Virus record (IMG/VR): IMGVR_UViG_3300034092_001518
Coordinates: 1 to 62,135 of that record
DNA length: 62,135 nucleotides
Source: a virus
Taxonomy: Duplodnaviria; Caudoviricetes
Reading direction: 5' to 3' (one strand)
Every line of letters begins with the position of its first letter. The stretch's first letter is position 1. The notes under the pieces are model-generated. The model was not told the DNA's origin, searched no databases, and saw only the letters and a program-made list of their open reading frames with translations. The position numbers and the translations under genes are program-made. Shown here one piece after another: positions 38,235 through 49,200 of the stretch.

Positions 38235-38433
38235 GTCGCAGGGGTATTATGTAATAAAACTAATTCAGACAAACAAGCCTGGAATACCAGACCTCATCGC
38301 AATACCCAAGAACTCAGACGTTGAGTTCATAGAGGTAAAGAGGCCAGGTGGCAAGACAAGCCCACTACAGGATTACAGAATTAAAGAACTAAATAATCAT
38401 GGAATTAAATCTAAGGTACAAGAATGCGTCTGA
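38191..38433 (+). CDS. VRR-NUC domain nuclease
   Basis: EQQIQ..I, GIPDL, FIEVKRPGGK.SPLQ motifs. Confidence 0.85.
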   Translation: MTEQQIQTKIIKKLESQGYYVIKLIQTNKPGIPDLIAIPKNSDVEFIEVKRPGGKTSPLQDYRIKELNNHGIKSKVQECV

Positions 38434-38803
38434 CAAGAGTTTGTACATACAAGACAACAGAGCTCTAATCAATAAACTTTTAGAGGATGGTGTTCCCGTT
38501 CAAAGAATACTATCTATACTTGGTGTAGACAACTATAGATTTAGTTTATTCTTTAGCACTAAGCCTACTCAGTCAATGCTTGGACACAAGAACGACACGT
38601 ATTTTGAAGAAGAAGAACTACTCAATAATAATTTTAATTTTAAATTTAATGATTTAAGTTATGACGAACAAAAAATCTATCTCGAAAGAGAAAAAACTGG
38701 TGTGCTTGGTAGGTATTTTGCCAATACTAATGGACTTCATGGAGGACGTGAAGGAAGATTTTCCGATGATCTACAAGAGACAGGTAAAGAAGTCGGGCAA
38801 TGA
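38399..38803 (+). CDS. Hypothetical protein
   Basis: 134 aa; the 3' end overlaps the next ORF. Confidence 0.5.
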   Translation: MELNLRYKNASDKSLYIQDNRALINKLLEDGVPVQRILSILGVDNYRFSLFFSTKPTQSMLGHKNDTYFEEEELLNNNFNFKFNDLSYDEQKIYLEREKTGVLGRYFANTNGLHGGREGRFSDDLQETGKEVGQ

Positions 38804-38942
38804 TTTCATAAACGAGGTGTACAAGATGGGAGACACTTTGTATAAGAAAATGGAAAGCGAAGAAGATGAAGAATTGAGAGAATTCTACAATAGTGTAATA
38901 GAAATGGGCACAGTTTTTCGCAATTGGATTGCAGAATTATAA
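38661..38942 (+). CDS. Hypothetical protein
   Basis: 93-aa ORF. Confidence 0.55.
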   Translation: MTNKKSISKEKKLVCLVGILPILMDFMEDVKEDFPMIYKRQVKKSGNDFINEVYKMGDTLYKKMESEEDEELREFYNSVIEMGTVFRNWIAEL

Positions 38943-38966
38943 ATATATGTATATATTTGTGGTGAG

Positions 38967-39152
38967 ATGCGCCACGTAACATACATAAACGCTTTAATGT
39001 TGGATATTAACGAGCTTACAGACGTTATATATGAATCTCTATTCGACAATGATACTCAAGAATTAAATAAGGCAATAGATAATCTAATTAAAATTTTAAA
39101 GGATGCCAAAAAAAGCCATCAATCAGACATCGAAGATATTAGACCTGTATAG
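38967..39152 (+). CDS. Small hypothetical protein
   Basis: 61 aa; TATATTTG box at 38952-38959. Confidence 0.55.
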   Translation: MRHVTYINALMLDINELTDVIYESLFDNDTQELNKAIDNLIKILKDAKKSHQSDIEDIRPV

Positions 39153-40224
39153 GTCTGGAATGACAAACAAAACAGAAATAACTAGAAGGGTTTTTAATAG
39201 TGATGATGAGACTAGCAGAAGTGCTGTTAGAAGGGCTATTAGTTACTATGAAAACAACAGGGCTCTTTATGATGAGTGTGAAAAGGTAGGAATACCAGTG
39301 GAGGACGTAAAGCACTATTGGCACAAGGGGAAACACTTTAGCATTAATGTTAGCGGAAGCTGTTCGGAGGTAAACCTAGAAGAATTTAAGTCAGAACTTG
39401 TGTCTGAGATTAAAAACTGGTCTCCTAAGTACGTTAAAATTAAAAGAGAAAAACTTTCTGATCCACATTGTTTTGTCTTTGACCCTGCCGATATTCATAT
39501 TGGAAAGCTGTGCTCATCGTTTGAGACTGGAGAGGATTATGATCAACAAATAGCTGTTAGCAGGGTTAGGGAAGGACTTAACGGACTGATTAGCAGGCTG
39601 TCTGGTTACAATATAGACAAGATAATTTTTATTGCTGGAAACGATGTTCTTCACGTTGACAACCCTAGGAGACAAACAACAAGCGGAACTCCACAAGACA
39701 CTGACGGAATGTGGTACGACAACTTTGTCATGGCTAAAAGGTTGCTAATAGATATTATAGAAACACTTATGTCTATAGCTGACGTTCATGTTGTTTATAA
39801 TCCAAGCAACCATGATTTTATGTCTGGATTTATGTTGTTGCAGTGTGTAGAGGCATGGTTTAGTAACTGTAAGAACGTTACGTTTGATAACGACATGAAG
39901 CACAGAAAGTACACCACGTATGGAAAGAACTTGATTGGAAGCACCCACATGGACGGTGCTAAGATTCAGGATTTACCGCTTTTAATGGCCCACGAGGCAT
40001 CAGATAGTTGGCACAATTGTGTTCACCGATATATTTATGGGCATCACGTACACCATAAGTCTTCAAAGGACTATATGTCTGTGAATGTAGAAACACTAAG
40101 GTCTCCATCTTCTGCTGATAGCTGGCATCATAGAAATGGATACCAGCACTCACCAAAGGCAGTTGAGGGTTTTATACACCACCCTTCCAATGGTCAGGTA
40201 GCTAGGCTTACGTATATATTTTAA
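39103..40224 (+). CDS. Calcineurin-like metallophosphoesterase
   Basis: ADIHIGK, GND.LHVD, SNHD, THMD and GHHVHH motifs. Confidence 0.8.
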   Translation: MPKKAINQTSKILDLYRSGMTNKTEITRRVFNSDDETSRSAVRRAISYYENNRALYDECEKVGIPVEDVKHYWHKGKHFSINVSGSCSEVNLEEFKSELVSEIKNWSPKYVKIKREKLSDPHCFVFDPADIHIGKLCSSFETGEDYDQQIAVSRVREGLNGLISRLSGYNIDKIIFIAGNDVLHVDNPRRQTTSGTPQDTDGMWYDNFVMAKRLLIDIIETLMSIADVHVVYNPSNHDFMSGFMLLQCVEAWFSNCKNVTFDNDMKHRKYTTYGKNLIGSTHMDGAKIQDLPLLMAHEASDSWHNCVHRYIYGHHVHHKSSKDYMSVNVETLRSPSSADSWHHRNGYQHSPKAVEGFIHHPSNGQVARLTYIF

Positions 40225-43200
40225 TTTGATAGAATCTTTTTTATCTGTTCAGCTGTTTTTCCCTTTTGTATAAGTTCATATACCGCAGGAGTTAGTTGAA
40301 TCCTTGTCTCTTCAAATAATTTTGAATATACTTTTCCTTGTTGATTGCTAAAACCACCTAAATCATCAATATCACCAATTATTAATAACATTTGTGTGTT
40401 TGATCCTTCCTCATATCCTTCTTCTATTTCATAATTAGTAGATTTTATAATATCAATTTCGTAAGGCTTTGGCTCTCTTTTGAATACTTTTGTAAATTCT
40501 TTGTATGACTCGTATTGATTTTTTGTTAAAGAATTTTGCTTTATTTTTCTTGTTCCCTTGTCCGCCAATTGATTTGCCTCTCTTGGCAAAGCACCAATAA
40601 AGTGAAACAATTTTAAAGCACTAAATATTTTTTGAGATTCAATTTGATCTTTAGTTAGATATTTTTCAGTTTCCTTTCCTTGAAATTCTTCGGTATACTT
40701 ACCGTCATTCATTTTTAAGGATTCATATAATGCTTCATAAGCATCGCTTCCGACACTAATTAAACCATACTTACCAGTATCATTTTTAAATGACTCTAAA
40801 CTAAAAGTATTGTCCTCCTTATATTTTTTTATAAACTCTTCTTTTTCATCTTCAGTCATTTTATATTTTCCTAGAGCATTTATTCGAATATTGTTCTCTT
40901 CATTTACGGCATCATTTATTTCAGACTCACTTGGCTCCATAAAAGGTTTAATACCTTTATCTATAGCCCATACCACAAAATCATCTAAAAATGGAGCTGG
41001 AGAAGCCATATCTCCAATAAATGATTTGATTGGATACTTTAAAGCGTTTCTATTTCTTTTTTTAGCCTCTTCTTCATCTTCATCATCGTCTCCGTATCCA
41101 AGTATTGACATGGCTCCGTAATATATAAGCTTTCCAACTTGATACTTAATAAAATTAAACGTAGCTTGTTCTGCAACAGTACCAACAAGTGATCTTCCTG
41201 CAATTTTTATATCCTCTTTGCTTGCCACATTTATAGCTGATGTAAGAGTAATTATATCGTTGGCTAGTCTCATTCTTTGATTCACTGAAAATCCAGCAAA
41301 CGGGAGCAAAATTTTTCTAATAGCCTTTCTTAGCCCATCTTCGCTAGCAAAAGTTTCTCCAGCAAGTCTTTCGTCAGATACGTTTTGCTGTCTAGATACC
41401 ATATTTTCAGCAAACAACATAGCTTTTTTGTGTAGGTCTTGTATTCCCTCTTCTTTTATAGTATCGTTCCAGGTGTCCCAATTAATTTTTTTAGTGTCGT
41501 AACCATTATCAGAAAGATACTTTAAGTAGTAAGACTTCCATGCAGCTCTTGCAACAAATACATCAGGCTTAGACAAGAAAGTCCTCATGTAAACTTGAGT
41601 TAGCTTTTGATATTGTCTAGCAACTTGTTGTAATGTACTTTTAACTGGGTCTATAGCGTTCATCTTGTTTTCAATAGATGTAACAGACTCTACTCCTCTG
41701 TTAGCCGTTGGTGTTCCAGTAGAGTTCATCCAATCATTAAAGCTTTTACCAGTGTATAGTTGAGTGTATTTACCAGCCTGAATTAAGGTATTTATTCCCA
41801 CTGAAAACGTTTGAAGAATAAACTGAAAAACACCACCAAGAGCCATTGTTGTACCAAATCTTCCAGCCTCGTTAATTACTTTATCAATAACTCTAGCGTA
41901 GTCCTTTGGAACTAATAGTTTGTTTTTTGATCTTCTAATATATTTATTGATTCTATTTACCACTAAAGATCTGTCTGAAGAGCTTGGAATAATTGATTTA
42001 AAAGAGTCGCTACTAATAAATGCATCAACCTGTCTAATGGCTCCTGCTGTTTCAATATCTACAAGGGCTCCAGAGAGAGCTTGAGATTGGTTAATATCAA
42101 AGTTTAGGTTAACATACCTTCCTTTATCTTTTAAAGTTGCTGGGTATGTTGACGCTATTAAAACACCTGCCTTTGATTTGTCAGTTATTTCTTCGTTTTC
42201 AGTATTTATTAAAAACGATGAACCTCTTTCTGATATATTTGTTATATCAATTGATTCTCCAGTAGATTCTGATAGCTTAGAAAGTCTGTCTGAGGTATAA
42301 TAAAAATCGCTACCCAGGTCTGTGTTATATATCGATAGAGAAACATCGTATAGGTCTTGGTAGTGATTTTCCCATGTACCCATCCACCATGCAGCACCAG
42401 CAATGTTAAATTGTTTAGCGTTAGACTCTATAACGCTCATGTCTCTTGACTCAATGTTTAGTCTATCAAATACTTTTTTGTATACTTCGGCCATTTTTTG
42501 TTCTTCTGCCGTTCCATTTTTTAAAGACTCATAGCTCTCTAGTAATAGGTCTATTCTCCTATTAAATTCTTTATTCGCCTCTTCAGGTTTAATTGAATTT
42601 GTTCTATATACAAAGGCCAGTACTCCTCTTTCGTAAACATTTTCTTGGTCAAAAAATCCTTTTATGTTTTTAAATGTATTTGCATATAGTTCTTGATATG
42701 CGTTAGACATTTTCTTAGCCTTGTTAACGCCCATTACTACTCCTGCAACTCCAGACTTTTCCATGAATTCATTTCCTCTGGTAACACCACCAAATAATCT
42801 GGTAAATAATTCATTTAAAGACATTCCCTCAAAACCTAAAAGTCTTCCTAGCATTGGAGAAAAGTAGGCCTTTAATTGTCTGGCAACAAATCCCTTTCTT
42901 TTTAAGTCGTTAGCATTTTTAATTCCTACATAAGTTTTATGAGCTGCGTCTAGACCACCTATTGTACCATTTTTTACAAAATTATTTAGCGATTCAACTA
43001 AGGCTATCATCTGCTCTGTAGTCATATCGTCCACATCTAGGCTAGATATTTCTTTTATAACCTGTTTAATTCTGTCTGTCATTTCTACCCTTTCATTTGT
43101 GATAGGGTTATAACCAAACACCATAGCCTTAAGAATATCTTTTAACGAATTTATTTCGCCCTTTAAGTTATCTTTAAGCTCTTCGCTATTTGTGGCTTTG

Positions 43201-46200
43201 TTTAATTTATTTTTTTGTTCGTTTATCCTTCTTATTTTTGATTCGATGTCTTTTAAAGACATGCTCTTGTCTATGATGCCTTGCTCAACCAACGATGGAT
43301 TGTTAGATAACAGTCTTTCTTTTTTTATGTTTTCCTGGCCTTCTAAATACTGATCAACGTATGAGTATATATCGCTAAACTTAGTTGTATTTGAAATAGA
43401 AAGAGAGGTTGGTTTCAACGCATTCTTAACTTGTTCGGCTATCGCCATGTACTCGTCAATGTCCTCAACTAAATCTGGGTCTATAGATGCAAATACAGTT
43501 GCCATAGCTCTTACTTCGGCCTGTCTATTGCTATCTTTTTTTAACTTTTTAATAGTTGCTCTTGCTGATTTTGCTTTGTTTATTTTCTCTTTGTAGTCAG
43601 CGTCTTTCATTACTTTGTCAACATAGTCTATAACCCTGTCAACCGTCTCTTCGTTTAAAAGATTAACCTTTGATATCCTATCATTTATTGCGGACAATTG
43701 CTTTTCAGATATTTTGCCCTTGTAATTTTTTATTACGTTCTTAATGGCAATACCAAGTTCTTTTCTTCTCTGGTTAATATCTTTAGTTGCTTCTCTTGCG
43801 GCTTTTGCTTCTAGCTTTATTTGATCACGAATTGCGGCAGCAAGGTCTGAAACAACAGCAGTATCTTTTGTTTTTCCTGTTATCTTAGCAACAGATGGAG
43901 CGGCCTTTAATTTTTCTCCGAAGAACTTTTTGATTTCTCTTACAGCATTTTCTCTTTGAGTGTCGTCAGCTTTTGCATACCAGTCTGACTTTTGTAGGTC
44001 AGCAATTGCAGCTGTTACACCTTGTTGATGTGAGTTGCCTCTCTTTTCTACTGATAGCTCGTACTTGTCCTTAGCTTTTTGAATGGCATCTTGTTTGCTT
44101 GGTTTCTGGGCCTTGATTTTGGATGGTTCTATGGATTCATTATCAAGATTAGATTGATCTACAGCTGCTGAATTTTCATCCATTGATATTTTATTTCCAT
44201 CAGCCATATATTCAAACCACACTGGTTTACTTATTCCTCCAGCAATATCTTCTATTTTAGTATGAGCTTCATCTAAAGATATAGATCCAGAACTATAATC
44301 ATCCCATACTTTATTTATATTTAACTCGTTATTTTTGTTTGACTTAAATGTAGCTTTAAATAAACCTCTCACAGCTTCCCAAGTTATACTTTGAACTTCT
44401 CTTGGAAGCAATCCAAGTTCTTTTGCTAGTTCTCTATAAGCATCCGCATATACTGGATATGTTCCAGTCATTCCAGTATTTACATTTCCTGCACCACCAA
44501 AATTATATAGCACTTGCTTTGAGCTTCCGCTTAATGGTAGAAGTAATCCAGCAGCAACTGCGTGAGTATCTATAGTAACTGCATCTGGATCATTTGGATT
44601 AGATATATTGTTAAAGAAATTTCTAACCTTATGCATATTACCAAGATTAGAAGATATATTTTCAATAGATCCATCTTGAAGTATTGATATTGATTTTTCT
44701 ATTGTAGGAAATGCTCCCCATCCACAAGCTCCAGGAGATCCATCAGATTTTCTAACTAATCCATTTACTTCTCCATTAGGAGATATGTTATTATATTCTC
44801 TCGAATTATATACCTCATCAAATACTCTGATAAAATATGCTTTGTCTTTATTGTTTAATTCTGATAATTTTTTATTCTTTACTCTTGAAATTATTTCTTT
44901 AGAATCTTTAAATAATGGTACTTTATTTTTACCAGTACCAGACGTAGCATTATTTACATAATCTATCATTTTAGAATCAAAAATAGAATTCTGTTGATTA
45001 GTATAAATATCTATTACTCTTTCGCCTAATGATAAATTTCTAAACCAATCCATTTGAGGACTAAGTACAGCCATTACTCCAGATACTTGTTCTAAGGAAT
45101 AATTATATTGATTTGCTATTTTATTACAAATAATATTTGCTCCATCATACCATAACTTTGATATGTCTCTTACATCAACACCAAATGAGTTATGTAACCA
45201 TTTTAAGTTAGACTTTACAGAATTTTTAAAATCATTTACTACTTTTTTAGCATCATCAAAATTTTCTACATTTTTTATTTTTGATATACCGTATGAAGAT
45301 ATTTCTTTTGCTATTTTTATATATTGATCCTGTATTTTTTTATCCTTAGACGCATCTTCTTCTAGAGATTTCATACTTACTATGTAGTCTCTAGTAGAAT
45401 GTATATTATCTTTTTTAGGAAGTCTAGTGCTTACAGTTTTACCCTCTTTTACATTTGACTTTGCATCATTTATTATTTTTGGTTTTTGACTTTTAATGTT
45501 TTTTATTGATGATTCTGAAGGTTTTTTTAAGTTACCATATTTATCTGTTTCAGATGGAATAACTTTAGATACATTACCAACCTCAATCTGCTCACCTCTT
45601 CCGAGCTTACCAGACATTGAGTTCATAAAGTCAACAGCGTCTTGTGCAGTTGCAGCAGCAGAAAAGACAACAGGTAGTCCTAGCTTCTTGGCAATCTTAT
45701 TGACTAATGTTTTAAACTGTTGGAACTTTGTTGTAGATAATTCTCTCTGTGCCTCGGCCATAATGGCTCCAAGTTCAGCGGTATACTCCTCTGCTCTATC
45801 ACCCTCTTCGTAGTTAGATATAAATTCATCAAGTCTTTGTTTTAATGCCTTGTCAGATATAACTGACTTAAGACCTTTAGCCATGTCTAACAATGCATTG
45901 TTGTCCATACCTTTTTTGGCCAATAGGTCGTGAAATGCTTCGTGAAAAACGGTGGTCACGCCAGCCGTTTCTAAGTTGATATGAACATCTCCATTTACAT
46001 ACGCACCTCTAAACGTATCGGCCCCTTGATTCTTAGCGTCTTCTTTTGTTGTATTAGCAGATTTAGCAACACCATCAACAAATGAATCAGTATTTTCGTG
46101 AAGTATAATTCTTGCGTTTGGAATAGCAGACAATACCTTTTGAACAGCTATAAATACTTTCTTTCTCTTTGCGTCTGTCTCATTGTTAATTCTTTCAGTG

Positions 46201-49200
46201 ATAGTCTGATTGGTCTCAGGAGTTATCGTTACTTCTTGAGCAACTTGAGTAGGAGCAGCCTGTTTTTCTGGCATTACCTTTTGGCCAAAGTCGTATCCAA
46301 TAGAGAATGTCTTTAGCCCGTCCTTCGTGTTTACTACAGAAACAAAGTCAGACTCTGGACTATAGCTCTCAGTAAAACTTAGATTGTCGTCAGCCTTTAC
46401 CCTTGGGTTCATTGATCCATCCTGGTATACCAAACCGTCAGAGTGTGCGACAGCCTCTTGATTGAACTGTTTAGCAAATTCAATAGCATCCTGTCTTGTT
46501 AGGTTAGGAACAAAGAAAGAGTTCTCTGCCTGTCCATACTTTCCAGTTACACGTCTTGGTTTGTATCCTCTTTCAGTAAGCCACTCCTCAGCCTTTTGGT
46601 TTAGTTGTTTGTTTTCTTCCTCGGTAAGAGGTTGTGCCATTGGGTTCTCAGCGGTAAGCAAACCGAACTCTCCGTCAAGTTCTTTTGTCAACGTCTCTAC
46701 GTCTTCAATTGGAAGCTCTTTAGATGCGTTCTCAACGTACTCACTGGTAGATCTAAATGCCTTTCTTTCTTCTGCCTGTGGCTCTGTTGGATATACGATA
46801 TCTACGTCAGCAACTTTTGCAGTTGCTCCTGGAACTATTCCTTCTTTTGCAGTTGCAACCTCCTCTGATGTCTTTGTTATTTCATCAGAAACAGTAGCTG
46901 TGGGAGTTGCCTCACCCTCTGATACATCTACTTTTTCTGGAGTTTTTAAAGCAGCTAGTTCTGCATCATATTTAACATTGATATTTTCTTTTATTTTTTC
47001 AAAGCCACTTCTTTTTGTAGTTTCAAAAAACATATTTGGAGATTCTTCTGTATTACTCCATAATCCATTACTTTTATCTAATACTTGTGGTCTACCTGTT
47101 ATTTCATTTATTCTGAAAATTCTATTATTAGGATCACCTATTATTCTAAATTCACCATCTTCAACTGTTGGTTTTCTGTCATAAACTACCCTTTCTTTTA
47201 ATTCTTCTTGTCTTCTTCTTTCTATATCAGCTTTCTTAGCTTCTATAACAGTAGCTGTGGGAGTTGCCTCACCCTCTGATACATCTACTTTTTCTTGGCT
47301 ACTTTTTTCGGTAGCTTCTTTCCCTTGGACGACTGGTTCCACTCCTTCACGTCCACCCCCTGTTTCTCCAGTTCCTTCTTGTTGGCGTTGAAGAACGCTC
47401 TCTGTGCTTGACTCTTGTACGGCATATCCTATTTGTTTTAGTGTTTCGTTTATTTCTTTTACTCTTTCTATGCTAGGAGCTGCAAGTGCAGGATCTACAC
47501 CTTCTATTTGGCTATTAAGAGCATCTCTTTCAAGCATAAGATCAAGTGCAACAGCCTGCTCTCGTATGGGCATTTCTTTTGGTATGGTGTTGACTTTTTG
47601 TTTTATTATTTTGAAGTTTTCTAGTATTGACTGTGCTGTTTTTTTTGAATATTTACCACTAAGAAGTGATGCCTGTAGATTAGCTACAACAAGCTCGTCC
47701 ATACCAGAGGCCCTAGCGGCAGCTACCAACGCCTCTCTTTCTTCTTTTGTGCGTAGAGCGTTCATTCCCCTACTAACTACACTTGCTGATTGTGAAATCA
47801 ATGAAACTCCATGCCCTCCAACTGCACCAACAACAAAACTTTCAAGTGCATCTTTTCCTAAATTTCTCCACGTAACAGCATCATTTCCAGCTGCATCTTT
47901 GAACATTTTCTCTCCCCTTATAGCTTCTATAGTTGCCTTTGTTCCATATTCAGCTCCTGTTTGAAGTGACTCAGTAAATCCTTCTGCAAAACCAGCAGCA
48001 GCTATCTTTATGCCTTTGTCTGCAATAAAAAGTTTTATTTCGTTTGTAACCAAAGCCTCTACGGCTTCCTTGCTCATATCTTTCGTTAAACCTTGAACGG
48101 TCCTTTTCATTATGTATCTAGATATAGAGCTACCCATTCCTCCTTTACCGAAAATTTCATCTAGACCATATTTTTCTAAGGCCATACTAACCGTTCCATA
48201 TATTGAACTAGCTAATATTTTTTCTGCTGCCGTCATGTCTGTTTTGTCAAGCTGAGTGGCCATTTCATTGTATCCACCACCAAACAATGCAAAGTTACCA
48301 CCAACAGCAGATTGAACCGCAGACCTAGCAAGACCAGTCGTTGCCTTATACAGTAAGTTTGCATCTGCTTCGTATTCTTCGCTTGTTCCAGCACCAACAA
48401 GAAATCCTGTTAAGCCTGAAAATGCATCTCTAGATGTTTTACCTGCCGATGCTTTTCCCTTTGCCCCTGTTCCTACGTCTTCAATATCTCCAAGAACCCC
48501 AAAAACAAATCCAGGAATATCTACAATTCCACCAACTATTGACTTAAGCAAACCACCCATAAAAGATCCCTGATCTTTAGACTTCATCATAGCAATTCCA
48601 GCAGCATACTCAGCGTTAGAAGATATTAATTCTATTGCACTAGCGCTGTTGGATAGTTCATCGGCATCTTTTATTAGTTTTGATTGTTCATTCTGTAAAT
48701 CTTGCAAATATTTTTCATTAACAAAGCTGTACCTTTCATTAAATTCAGCTTGTTTTTGTAGTAATATTTTTTCTGCGTCTCCTACACTAATCTCTCCTTT
48801 AGATATTAAGTTTTTATATTGTAATGCAAGATTTTTTATGTCGGCAGCATCTTTGCCCATTTGAGTTATTAAATCTTGCTTCTCAGCAAATAAAGATTGA
48901 TTTTTTTTAAAATCTTCAAGTTTTTTCTTTATAGAGTTGTTTTCTGCTTTTAATGCATTAGCAACATCTTTAGAATAAGAGCTGGGTGTAAAATTTGGTG
49001 CAGTAATATATTCTGTAGCCGCCTGTAAATTTTTATTTCCTACTATTTGTAATAATTGTTGTCTTTCTTTGTCTAATATTGGTTTATTTTTTTCAAGGAG
49101 TATTTTTTCTTTTGCTTCGGCACTTAAAAACTTTGCATTTGGTCCGTATATTTTTTCTTCTGCAACAAGTTTTTCTTTTTCTATTCTATTTATTTCGTTA

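Noticed and set aside
46890-47295. DGR template/variable repeat pair, or an intein
   Set aside because: The copies are identical with no adenine-specific mismatches, no reverse transcriptase is seen, and there are no C...HN intein ends.
46462-47964. 240-aa and 186-aa plus-strand ORFs
   Set aside because: They are antisense shadows of the giant gene with Ser/Phe-rich non-protein-like composition. The same applies to most short opposite-strand ORFs in the track.
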